A stretch of 64,000 nt of DNA from Chloroflexota bacterium (GTDB lineage: Bacteria > Chloroflexota > Anaerolineae > CG2-30-64-16): NCBI GenBank assembly GCA_026389845.1, contig JAPLHB010000188.1:51026-115025 (forward strand). The letters are read 5' to 3'. The position numbers and the translations under genes were made by a program. The notes below the pieces were generated by a model, which was not told where the DNA came from, ran no database searches, and worked only from the letters and a program-made list of their open reading frames with translations. Below, one piece after another: positions 1 through 9,600 of the stretch (its first letter is position 1; every line of letters begins with the position of its first letter).

Positions 1-4
1 GAAA

Positions 5-30
5 CGTGGTGCGTGGTGCGTGGTGCGTGA
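5..30. repeat. heptamer tandem repeat (GCGTGGT/GCGTGAT), about 3.5 units
   Basis: cgtggtgcgtggtgcgtggtgcgtga; same unit as the array at 25040-25193. Confidence 0.8.
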
Positions 31-57
31 CGGACGCCGCAGGAGACAGATAAGGTG

Positions 58-408
58 ATGCTGCAAATTGACGCTGAACAGATTCCCTTGGCGGTGGACG
101 CCGATGAGGTGGTTCGCGTCGGCGGCACGCAGGTGACACTGGACACGGTCGTAGCCGCCTTTAGCGATGGTGCAACCGCTGAGGGGATCGTCCAGCAGTA
201 TCCACCCCTGTGCTTGGCCGATGTGTATGCTGTTCTGGGGTATTACCTCCGCCAGCGGCGAGAGGTTGAAGCCTATCTGAGTTGGCGCCAGCAGCAGGCA
301 AACGATATACGCAGACAAAACGAGGCGTGGTTTGACCCTCAAGGTGTGCGCGACCGGCTGCTGGCAAGACAAAGAACTGGTTTCGCAGCAGGCACGCCTT
401 ATTCGTAG
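58..408 (+). CDS. DUF433 domain protein (putative antitoxin)
   Basis: RVGGTQVTLDTVV..F..GATAEGIVQQYP.L.LADVYAVLGYY matches the DUF433 pattern; SD aggag/aagg upstream. Confidence 0.8.
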   Translation: MLQIDAEQIPLAVDADEVVRVGGTQVTLDTVVAAFSDGATAEGIVQQYPPLCLADVYAVLGYYLRQRREVEAYLSWRQQQANDIRRQNEAWFDPQGVRDRLLARQRTGFAAGTPYS

Positions 409-428
409 AGAAATGAGGAGGTGGGGTG

Positions 429-632
429 ATGAAAGTTGCGGTACTCGTTCATCAGGCTGAAGAGGGAGGGTATTGGGCAGAAGTCCCTGCAATTCCAGGA
501 TGCGCTACACAGGGCGAAACTTTCGAGGAACTTCTTCATAATCTGTATGAAGCGGTAGAGGGATGTCTGGCCGTGCCGTTGAATGGGCACGAATTGTCGC
601 CGCAAGACCGCTTCATTGAAATCGCCGTATGA
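429..632 (+). CDS. hicB: HicB family antitoxin (short form)
   Basis: EEGGYWAEVPAIPGCATQGETFEE motif; SD gaggagg. Confidence 0.88.
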   Translation: MKVAVLVHQAEEGGYWAEVPAIPGCATQGETFEELLHNLYEAVEGCLAVPLNGHELSPQDRFIEIAV

Positions 633-841
633 AATCCGTTTCGGGCAGGAAGCTCGCCAGGGTTCTTGAGCGATACGGCTGGCTCCTGCTGCGTATTCAA
701 GGCAGTCATCACATCTATGGGAAGCCGGGCAGCATCGTTCGGCTTTCTGTGCCGATACATGGCGACCAGCCCTTGAAAGTTGGCCTGCTGCATCACCTGC
801 TCAAGATGGCCGACTTAACCGAAGCCGATCTGGACGTTTGA
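629..841 (+). CDS. hicA: HicA family mRNA interferase toxin
   Basis: GW...RIQGSHHIY.K...VPIH..LKVGLL; 4-nt overlap with hicB. Confidence 0.9.
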   Translation: MKSVSGRKLARVLERYGWLLLRIQGSHHIYGKPGSIVRLSVPIHGDQPLKVGLLHHLLKMADLTEADLDV

Positions 842-844
842 GAT

Positions 845-1951
845 ATGGTAGGCCAGCGTTCCAAGCCTCTCGTCATCGGTCTGACCGGCAGCATCGGCAG
901 CGGCAAGAGCAACGTGCTGCACGAGCTAGTCGCGCTCGGCGCGGAGGGGATTGACGCCGACCGGGTGGCGCACCAGGTTATCGCGCCCGGCGGGCCTGCC
1001 TACGCGGCTGTGGTGGCCGAGTTCGGACCGGAAATCGTGGGGCCGGATGGCCGCATTGACCGCGGCGCGCTGGGCCGCCGCGTGTTTGCTGATCCGGCTG
1101 CACTGGCCCGGTTGGAAGCCATCGTTCATCCGGCCGTCGGGCAGGTCATCGCGGCGCGGGTGGCCGCGTCGAGCGCGCCGGTGGTGGTCATCGAGGCGAT
1201 CAAGCTGCTGGAGGCCGGGCTGAGCCGGCAACTGTGCGACCAGGTGTGGGTGACGGTCTGCTCGGAAACGGAGCAGATCGCCCGGCTGGCGACCGGCCGC
1301 GGCATGACCGAGGTTGAAGCGCGGCGCCGCCTGGCAAACCAGATGCCGGCGGAGCAGATGATCGCCCGGGCCGACCGCGTCATTGACACGAGCGGCACCC
1401 TGGCCGAAACCGCGACCCAAATCATCGCCGCCTGGGCTGAGATGGGCCTCTCCTTCCCGGCCCCGACGATCCGCCCGGCCAGACCGGACGACGCCGAGGC
1501 GGTCGCTGCGGTGTGGCGCGCCATTGTGGCTGAGGGTGGGCAGACTGTCGTGGATCGGCCGTTCACGCCTGCGCAGGAACGGGCGTACCTGGAGCAATTG
1601 CCCCCGCGAGCACGGGTCACGGTAGCCGTGGTCGGAGGCATTGTGGCCGGCTTTCAGTCGCTCGATCTCTATGCGACGTACACCTGCGCCATGGATCACG
1701 TCGGCGTGCTGGGCACCTTCGTGCTGGTGCCCTTGCGCTGTCGGGGCATCGGACGCGACCTCAGCCGGGCCACGTTCGATCACGCCCGGCAGGCCGGCTT
1801 CGCCAAGCTCGTCATCAACGTGCGGGCCGACAATCCGGGGAGCCAGACGTTTTACGTCAGCCTGGGCTTCCAACCCTGTGGCCGGCTGGCTCGCCAGGCG
1901 TTCATTGAGGGGCGATACGTGGACGAGCTGCTTTTCGAGATGTTTTTGTAG
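845..1951 (+). CDS. coaE: dephospho-CoA kinase fused to C-terminal GNAT acetyltransferase
   Basis: IGLTGSIGSGKS P-loop, DAD, IDR..LG..VF, LEAIVHP; C-terminal about 160 aa GNAT (RGIG, NPGSQTFY..LGF). Confidence 0.88.
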   Translation: MVGQRSKPLVIGLTGSIGSGKSNVLHELVALGAEGIDADRVAHQVIAPGGPAYAAVVAEFGPEIVGPDGRIDRGALGRRVFADPAALARLEAIVHPAVGQVIAARVAASSAPVVVIEAIKLLEAGLSRQLCDQVWVTVCSETEQIARLATGRGMTEVEARRRLANQMPAEQMIARADRVIDTSGTLAETATQIIAAWAEMGLSFPAPTIRPARPDDAEAVAAVWRAIVAEGGQTVVDRPFTPAQERAYLEQLPPRARVTVAVVGGIVAGFQSLDLYATYTCAMDHVGVLGTFVLVPLRCRGIGRDLSRATFDHARQAGFAKLVINVRADNPGSQTFYVSLGFQPCGRLARQAFIEGRYVDELLFEMFL

Positions 1952-1965
1952 CGACTGGGGGGCAT

Positions 1966-2181
1966 ATGCAACGAGTACGTAGGCTATGGAGCGCGCACCC
2001 GAACCTGGTGTCGTGGGCGCTGCTGGCGGTCGGCATGGTGCTGATCGTCGTCATCGCGGCCCGCAACGTCGGCTTTCAGGCCGGCCAATGGGCCGCGTTG
2101 ATCGCTGCGACGATCGGTCTAGCTGGCCTGTGCGTGTGGATCATCAGTTGGGAAGACGGCGAAGCAGAGAATAGCGAATGA
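1966..2181 (+). CDS. small two-TM membrane protein
   Basis: 71 aa with two hydrophobic segments, co-oriented in the operon. Confidence 0.6.
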   Translation: MQRVRRLWSAHPNLVSWALLAVGMVLIVVIAARNVGFQAGQWAALIAATIGLAGLCVWIISWEDGEAENSE

Positions 2182-2204
2182 GCGAAGCAGCGAATGGTAA
2201 ATTG

Positions 2205-2489
2205 GCAATAGCGCAAAACTCGCTACCAGTTGCCTGTCATTCTGAGCGGGTTCGTCCCTGGACTTTTGCTACGGCGTGACACCAGCGAAGAATCCGTTCG
2301 CTACGCTCAGGACAAGTTCTCCTTGCCGAGACGAGACCCCTTCGACTGCGCTCAGGGCAGGCTCTTCGCTGGATTCTCGCCGCGACGCGCTTCACGGGGC
2401 CGACCCGCTCAGAGCTTGCTCCTTCACTGCGTTCAGGACAGGCTCTGAGTGCAACGAAGGGGTGACAAAAGCGAGTTTTGCGGTACTGC
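2205..2489. mobile_element. MITE family A copy (TIR GCAATA[CG]CGCAAAACT) carrying a TGTCA-CTGAGCG palindromic core
   Basis: TIRs gcaatagcgcaaaactcgct / agcgagttttgcggtactgc; flanking 8-mers gtaaattg / gcaaattg. Confidence 0.75.
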
Positions 2490-2540
2490 GCAAATTGGCA
2501 CAATACCGAATACCTACTACCCAATCCCGAGTAACAACGC

Positions 2541-3683
2541 ATGAGCAAACGCGACTACTATGAAGTTCTGGGCGTCCCGCGCGACGCCCCCGAAAACACG
2601 ATCAAGAGCGCCTACCGCAAGCTGGCGCGGCAATACCACCCGGACGTCAGCACAGCCGACGATGGCGAGGAGCGCTTCAAGGAGGTCACCGAAGCCTATG
2701 AGGTGCTCAGCGACGGGGAAAAGCGGCAGATGTACGACCGCTTCGGCCACGCGGCCACGCAAGGCGGCTTCGGGGGCGCTGGCGCAGGGTCGCCGTTCGG
2801 GGGCTTCGGCGGGTTCGGCGACATCTTCGAGGAGTTCTTCGGCGGCTTCACCGGGCAGCAACGAGGCGCAGCCCGCGGCCCGGCCCGCGGCGTCGATCTG
2901 CGCTACGACATGGAGATCACCTTCCAGGAGGCCGTCTTCGGCGCGGAGAAGGAGATCGAAGTCCCGCGCGATGAGACCTGCACCGCCTGCAACGGCTCCG
3001 GCGCGGAGCCGGGCACCAAGCCGATCCGCTGCCCGCAGTGCAACGGCACGGGCGAGGTGCGCCGGGCGCAGCAGACGATCCTGGGCCAGTTCGTCAGCGT
3101 GACCGCGTGTCCGCGCTGCAACGGCGAACGCGAGATCGTCACCACGCCGTGCACCACCTGTCGCGGCCAGAAGCGCGTGCGCATCACCCGCAAGCTGTCC
3201 GTGAGCATTCCGGCCGGCGTGGATGACGGCATGAGGATCCGCCTGACAGGCGAGGGCGAGCCGGGCGATCGCGGCGGGCCGCCGGGCAGTCTCTACGTGG
3301 TGCTCGCGGTCAAGCCACACCCGTTGTTTCAGCGCCAGGAGAACGACATCCTGCTGGAGCTGCCGGTCAACATCGTCCAGGCCGCAGTGGGCGCCGAAGT
3401 GGAAGTGCCCACGCTGGAAGGCAAGACCAGGCTCACCATTCCGGCGGGCACTCAGCACGGCGCGACCTTTCGTCTGCGCGGCAAGGGCGTGCCGGTGCTC
3501 CGCAGCAACCGCCGCGGCGACCAACTCGTCACCGTGCGTGTGGTCGTGCCGGACAAGTTGAACGAGAAACAGCGCAAGCTGCTCAAAGACCTGGGCGAGA
3601 CATTGGGACTGGAATCGCTGGGTAAGGACAACCGGGGCTTGTTCGAGAAGCTGTTGGACGCGGTGGGCGATGCGTTTAGTTGA
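2541..3683 (+). CDS. dnaJ: molecular chaperone DnaJ
   Basis: J domain with HPD, G/F-rich region, four CxxCxGxG-type zinc-finger repeats. Confidence 0.97.
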   Translation: MSKRDYYEVLGVPRDAPENTIKSAYRKLARQYHPDVSTADDGEERFKEVTEAYEVLSDGEKRQMYDRFGHAATQGGFGGAGAGSPFGGFGGFGDIFEEFFGGFTGQQRGAARGPARGVDLRYDMEITFQEAVFGAEKEIEVPRDETCTACNGSGAEPGTKPIRCPQCNGTGEVRRAQQTILGQFVSVTACPRCNGEREIVTTPCTTCRGQKRVRITRKLSVSIPAGVDDGMRIRLTGEGEPGDRGGPPGSLYVVLAVKPHPLFQRQENDILLELPVNIVQAAVGAEVEVPTLEGKTRLTIPAGTQHGATFRLRGKGVPVLRSNRRGDQLVTVRVVVPDKLNEKQRKLLKDLGETLGLESLGKDNRGLFEKLLDAVGDAFS

Positions 3684-3746
3684 TTGCAGATTTGCGATTT
3701 CGGATTTCAGATTGACTCCGCTAGTTCGCAATCTGCAATCCAAAAT
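3684..3746. repeat. inverted heptamer array (gattgca/gatttgc ... gcaatct/gcaatcc)
   Basis: degenerate 7-mers followed by their reverse complements between dnaJ and prmA. Confidence 0.6.
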
Positions 3747-3754
3747 GAGGCGCC

Positions 3755-4708
3755 ATGGATTGGATCGAGATCAGCATCCGCGCGGACGGCGAGGCGGCCG
3801 AGGCGGTGAGCGAGCTTTTCAACCGGCTGAACAGCCGGGGCGATGGCGAGGGCGGCGCGGTGGTCGAGGTGGGCGGCTTTGACCCCATCGGTGACGACCA
3901 CCACCCCTTCGTCACCGTGCGCACTTACCTGCCCGCCGATCTGTCCGACATAGCCGGCCGCCAGCAGCAGATCGAGGAAGGGCTGTGGTTCCTGGGCCGC
4001 ATCTATCCGCTCGGCGAGCCGCAAATCCGCCGCCTGGCCGAGGAGGATTGGGCCAACACCTGGAAGGCTAACTACAAGCCGCTGCACATCGGCCGGCGGT
4101 TCCTGGTGGTACCCGCGTGGTTGACCCCCTCTGCCATCCCCCCCGCCGCAGCGGGGGGGACCGAGGGGGGGTTGCTCCCCATCATCCTCGACCCCGGCAT
4201 GGCGTTCGGCACGGGTCTGCACCCCAGCACGCAGCTCGTTTTGCGTGCGATGGAGGACGTAGTGGGATCGGGCCAGCGCGCGCTCGACGCGGGGTGCGGC
4301 TCCGGCATCTTGAGCATCGCCGCGGTTCGACTGGGCGCCGCATCGGTGGACGCGTTCGACATTGACCCCATCGCGGTGCGCGCCACCGAAGAAAACGCGG
4401 CCTTGAACGATCTGCCGCTGCCGATCAACGTCAGCGCCGGCGCCGGGCCGGATGACGGCCCTTTCTGGCATCTGCCGGGCGGTGCGCGACGGACCTGGGA
4501 CGTGATCCTGGTCAACATCCTGCCGCACATCATCATCGGCCTGCTCCAAAGCGGTCTGCACACCTACCTGGCCCCCGGCGGATGCATGATCCTGGCCGGC
4601 ATCATCGAGGAGCGCGAGCCGGAGGTGGTCGCCGCGCTGGCCGAGCGGGGGTTAGCCGTCGCGAAGCGTCTCGTGGAAGGGGATTGGGTGGCTTTGGTCG
4701 CTGCCTGA
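3755..4708 (+). CDS. prmA: ribosomal protein L11 methyltransferase
   Basis: EEDWANTWK, DPGMAFGTGLHPST, DAGCGSGILSI; follows dnaJ. Confidence 0.95.
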   Translation: MDWIEISIRADGEAAEAVSELFNRLNSRGDGEGGAVVEVGGFDPIGDDHHPFVTVRTYLPADLSDIAGRQQQIEEGLWFLGRIYPLGEPQIRRLAEEDWANTWKANYKPLHIGRRFLVVPAWLTPSAIPPAAAGGTEGGLLPIILDPGMAFGTGLHPSTQLVLRAMEDVVGSGQRALDAGCGSGILSIAAVRLGAASVDAFDIDPIAVRATEENAALNDLPLPINVSAGAGPDDGPFWHLPGGARRTWDVILVNILPHIIIGLLQSGLHTYLAPGGCMILAGIIEEREPEVVAALAERGLAVAKRLVEGDWVALVAA

Positions 4709-4710
4709 AA

Positions 4711-5475
4711 ATGAATCAACTCTATCCCATCCTCGAGTTCGATCCCACCCCCGAAGCGGTCATCGAGCCGTCGCGTATCATCAAGCCGATTGATGCGCCG
4801 GAACATTGTGTCGTCTGCTTCTTCCAGGAAGTCATCAACAAACTGGTTGCCGACGGCCGGGCGCGGCAGATCGCGGTCGAACGAAGCGAGATGGGCGAGC
4901 ACCCGCTCTACGAGCTGGACGTGGACGGCCGGCGGCTGGCGCTCTTCCATCCGGGCGTCGGCGCGCCGCTGGCCGCGGGCTTGCTGGAAGAGGTGATCGC
5001 GCGGGGTTGCCGCAAGTTCGTCGCCTGCGGCGGCGCCGGCGTGCTGAATCGCGAGATCGCGGTCGGGCACGTCGTCGTCCCATCGAGCGCGGTGCGCGAC
5101 GAGGGCGCCTCCTACCACTACCTGCCGCCGAGCCGCGAGGTGTCGCCCAGCCCCGAAGCGATGACCGCCATCGAGCAGGTTCTCAAGGCGCACGACGTCC
5201 CCTACGTGGTCGGCAAGACCTGGACGACCGACGCCTTTTTCCGTGAGACGTCGGCCAAGGTGCAGATGCGCCGCGAGGAAGGCTGCCTGACTGTCGAAAT
5301 GGAGGCCGCGGCCTTCTTCGCGGTGGCGCAGTTCCGCGGCGTCCCCTTCGGGCAGATCCTTTACGGCGGCGACGACGTGAGCGGCGATGATTGGGATCAC
5401 CGCGGTTGGACCAGCCGCATGACCGTGCGCGAGCGGCTCTTCTGGCTGGCCGCCGAGGCGTGTTTGACCTTGTAG
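4711..5475 (+). CDS. nucleoside (uridine-type) phosphorylase
   Basis: GVGAP, AVRDEGASYHY, WTTDAFFRET, VEMEAAA; ATG at 4711 just after the prmA stop. Confidence 0.88.
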   Translation: MNQLYPILEFDPTPEAVIEPSRIIKPIDAPEHCVVCFFQEVINKLVADGRARQIAVERSEMGEHPLYELDVDGRRLALFHPGVGAPLAAGLLEEVIARGCRKFVACGGAGVLNREIAVGHVVVPSSAVRDEGASYHYLPPSREVSPSPEAMTAIEQVLKAHDVPYVVGKTWTTDAFFRETSAKVQMRREEGCLTVEMEAAAFFAVAQFRGVPFGQILYGGDDVSGDDWDHRGWTSRMTVRERLFWLAAEACLTL

Positions 5476-5591
5476 AGCGCGCGAAGGCAGGCCGGTTCGA
5501 ACGACTGGCTACGTACTTTGACCTAAACTACCTCTTGACCTCCGCGTCTGTCTCTGGTATAGTAAGAGCGGGAAATGGAAGGAGCGACTCG

Positions 5592-6555
5592 ATGCCCGAA
5601 ACCGATTCCCCCTTGAAAGACTTGGTGCGCGATTTCGCGCCGGACTTCGCGGCCTGGTTGCTCGACGTGGATCCCGCGGACATTGTCGCGGTTCACGTCG
5701 AGAACATCGAGTTGCCGGCGGGCAAGGTGCAATCGGACACAGTGCTCCACGTGACCTTAACCAGCGGTCTGACGCCAGTGCTGCACATCGAGTTTCAGGG
5801 CATCCGCACCGAACGACCGATGCCCTGGCGGATGCTGGATTACATGAGCCGGCTCGTCCAGCAAGGTTGGAGTTCGCTGTGCAGCGCGGTGATCTACGTG
5901 GGCGACGGCGCGGGGGTTCGTGATACCGGTCAGCACCGGATTGGCTGTCCCGACGGCGGGGTGGCGTTGGCGTGGAATTACCGCGTCATCCGCCTGTGGC
6001 AGATGCGTGCCGAGGAGTTGCTGGCATTGAAGCGCCCGGCGTTGCTGGCGCTGATCGGGCAGACGCGGATTGAGAGGCCGGAACAGGTGGTGCCGGAGGC
6101 GGTGGCGACCATCGGACGAGTGGCGGATTACGGTCAGCGGGTGCGGCTGTTCGATGCGTTTGCCAGCTTGATGCGCGATGAGAGCCTGTCCTGAGCGCAG
6201 CCGAAGGAAGGTATTGATTATGGCTGAACGACTGATCGAAGCAATGGACGAAGGTTTGCTGATGGACACGCCCTTCTTGCGCCATGCCCGCGAGAAGGGT
6301 CGCGCCGAAGGTCGCACCGAGGGTCGCGCTGAAGGCCGCACCGAAGGTCGCACCGAGGGTCGCACCGAGGAGCTCCAGAAGATCATCCTGGACGTGCTAT
6401 CCACGCGCCTGAAGCTGACGGTCCCGCAATATCGCCGCATCGAGGGCCGCGTCGAGGCTCTGGGCGATGAAACTCGCCTGCGGGATCTGCTGCGCACCGT
6501 CATCCTGGCCGGCGATGTGGCCGAGTTCGAGGCCAGCCTGGCCGCAGGCGGTTGA
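5592..6555 (+). pseudogene. Rpn-family (recombination-promoting nuclease / PD-(D/E)XK) gene split by a 25-nt insertion; C-terminal part could be translated from ATG 6220
   Basis: D..LK.L, LHIEFQ, MPWRMLDY motifs; C-terminal EGR(T/A) repeats; removing 25 nt at about 6184-6208 rejoins ..MRDE-KVLIMAERL.. Confidence 0.75.
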
Positions 6556-6578
6556 CGCACCTGGTAACATGCGGCATG

Positions 6579-6611
6579 ACGTGCCAGGCACTTGCGAAGT
6601 GCCTGGCACGT
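6579..6611. repeat. REP-like palindrome family C (ACGTGCCAGGCACTT-GCG-AAGTGCCTGGCACGT)
   Basis: perfect hairpin; identical copy at 8925-8957 and tandem variant at 12795-12849. Confidence 0.85.
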
Positions 6612-6631
6612 GGCAAACACCGAGGTTCCCC

Positions 6632-9600
6632 ATGGCGCAACCCCAACCGGAGCCTACCCCCACCTACGACGTTTTCATCTCCTACAGCCACGCCGACCAG
6701 GTTTGGGTTGGGGAGTGGCTGGTTCCCCGCCTGAAGGCCGCCGGCCTGGCGGTCTGCACCGACCAGGAATCGTTCGACATCGGCGTGCCCAGCCTCGTCA
6801 ACATGGAAAATGCCGTGGCCGCCAGCCGTCACACGCTGCTGGTGCTGACCGAGGCGTGGGTGCGGAGCCAGTGGACGCAGTACGAGGCGCTGCTGGTGCA
6901 AACCGACGATCCGAGCGGCCTGTTCCAACGCACCCTGCCTGTGCTGCGCCGGCCCTGCGCGCCGCCGCGGCGCATCGGCATGTTGACCTACGCCGACCTC
7001 ACCGGCCAGGGGGACACGGAAGCCGAGTTTGCAAAGCTGCTGGACGCCATCCGCGGGGTGCGCCGGCTGCCGGACGCCGGCGCGACCGCGACCACCCTGG
7101 GGCTGAGCTACGACCTGCGCGGGGCAGCGCAGGCTGCGGAAGCCGCCGAGGTCGAGCGGGACTATCGCGATCAACTCGTCAGCGACCTGACGTGGCACGA
7201 TTTCCGCGGCATGTACCAGTTCGAGCAGCACATCCGCCTGCCGCTGGCCGAAATCTACCAGGAGTTGGGACTCCTGAAGATCGGCGGCGCGGAGGAGCAC
7301 CGGAAGACGCGCGAGCGGATGCTGGTGCTGGACGAAGCCGAGCGCATGGCCGAGGTCGAGCGCCGCGTGCAGGAGCGCGTGTCGGGCGCGCTGGCGCGCT
7401 CGCAACGCCTGGTGATCCTGGGCGATCCGGGCGCGGGCAAGACGATCTCGCTCAAGTTCATCGCCCTGATGCTGGCGAGTCGCCGCGGCGCGGAGCGTCT
7501 GGCGCTGGCTGCGCCCTACCTGCCGGTGATGGTACGGCTGGCGCACTTCGCCCAGGCGTTGGCGCAGGAACCCGCGCTGTCGCTGGATAACTACCTGCTC
7601 CAGGTGATCCCGAAGAGTTACACCACGGGGCTGGCCGACTTCGTGCGGCTGGCGCTGGGCCGCGGGGCCTGCATTCTGCTGTTGGACGGCCTTGACGAGG
7701 TGGGCGACAACCGGACGACCGGCCAGTCGTTGCGCAAGGCGGTCGTCAAGCGGGTGCAGCAGTTCGCCGATCGCTGGTGTACGGACGACCGCCCTAATCG
7801 CCTGGTCGTCACCAGCCGCATAGAGGGCTATTGGAGCGACGCGCTGGCGAACTGCGACCACGTCGAGATCAGCCCGCTCAGCCCGCCGGACGAGGTGGAA
7901 CAGTTCTTGCTGCGCTGGTACGACGCGCACGAGCGCCATCGCGTGCCCGCGCCGCTGCCCGAGGTCGCCCGGGCGCGAGCCGCGGCCCGCGTCGCCAACC
8001 TGCTGCCGCAACTGATGGACACGCCGAGCGTCAAACGGCTGGCGACCAACCCGCTGCTGCTGACCATCCTGGTCCTCATCTCCGACAAAGTGCCCAAGCT
8101 GCCCCAGAAACGGGCCAAGCTCTACGCGATTTGCACCAAGACCCTGATCGAGTCGTGGCGGCAGGAGCAGACCGAGCAGCAGAGCAAGCTGTTGAGCGAT
8201 CTGGGCGAAGGGGGCGAGGAGATCGTCACGCGCGTGATCGCGGATCTGGCCTTTTGGCTGCACGAGCATTACCCCGGCGGCGCGGCGTCGCTGGGGGAGT
8301 GCCGCGACCGGCTGTTGGCCTATCTGACCGACGATGAGGGCTATGAACGCCCGCGGGCGCAGGTCATCGCCGATGGGTTGCTCTCCTTTGCGAGCTGCGA
8401 GGCGGGGCTGCTGTGCGAGCGCGGGTTGGGGCAATACGGCTTTTTCCATCTGACCTTCGAGGAGTACCTGGCCGGTTATCACCTGACGCGCACCGAACCC
8501 GCGCAGCGCCACGACATCCTGACCGCACACTGGCGGGACGGTCGCTGGCGGGAGGTGATCCTGCTGGCGGCCGGGCAGTTGGGCGTGGTGGACAACCGGC
8601 AGTATGACGCCGGGGGCTTCCTGAACGACCTGCGCAGCATGGAGCCAACCGGCCCGGACGACGCGGGCCGGCCCGCGGTGCTGGCGGGTCGCGCCCTGGC
8701 CGACATTGGCGCCAGCGGCGTGAACCCCACCACTCGCCGCGACGTGCTGCGCGAACTGCGCCAGACGATGCAAGACCGCGATCTGGAGACCGACCGTCTG
8801 AACGAGCCGCCGCGCATCCCTGTGCTCACGCGCTACGCCGCCGGCGAAGCCTGGGACGAACTGGGCGGTCTGCCCGAAGATCTTGATGCCTGGGTTTATT
8901 GCGCGGCGGGTGGCGTGCGGGGTAACGTGCCAGGCACTTGCGAAGTGCCTGGCACGTGGCAAGCGCTTCTCGCCGCCAAATATCCAATCACCAACGCCCA
9001 GTTCGAGCGGTTCATCCAGGCCGATGGCTACGACAAACCGGGCTATTGGGGCGGCAAGGACAGCCCGGGCTGGCGTTGGCGGATGAAACCGCCCGATTAT
9101 CGCGGCGCAGGCCCGGTGACGCAGCCGGAATATTGGCAGCGTCCCCGTTTCGGCAAGGACCGCCGCGGCTACCCGGTCGTCGGCATCTCCTGGCACGAGG
9201 CCGCCGCGTATGCCGCATGGCTGACGGAGCGATTGCGGATTGGCGATTTCGGATTGCGGATTGTCTCTCCCAATGGCGTCAATCCGCAATCCGTAATCCG
9301 AAATCCGAAATGCGTCGTCCGTCTGCCCACCGATGCCGAATGGCTGTGGCTGGCCGGCGGCGAGAAGGAGGGCGAGCGAGAACGCTATCCCTGGGACGTG
9401 CCGGGCAGCGGCCGCGTTACCGATTTCGAGAGCGAGGAGGGCAAGAAAACGATCCTGGCGCGGGCTAACACGGCCGAATCCGGTATCGGCGGTACGTCGC
9501 CGGTGGCGATGTATCCCTTGGGGGAGAGCAAACCGTTCGGTCTGTGGGACGTGGCCGGCAATGTGTGGGAATGGAACGATTTATGGCATAATCAAGAGCA

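Noticed and set aside
2230-2563. ORFs with RACPERS/LRAGS-type peptides (also about 20042-20461, 24063-24471, 56428-56775)
   Set aside because: Translations of the palindromic repeat elements, not genes.
6500-9289. Long antisense ORFs (e.g. 6500-9289, 14034-15755, 21994-23955, 26042-27508, 28654-30162, 38804-40921)
   Set aside because: Shadow frames of well-supported genes, expected at high GC; no recognisable motifs.
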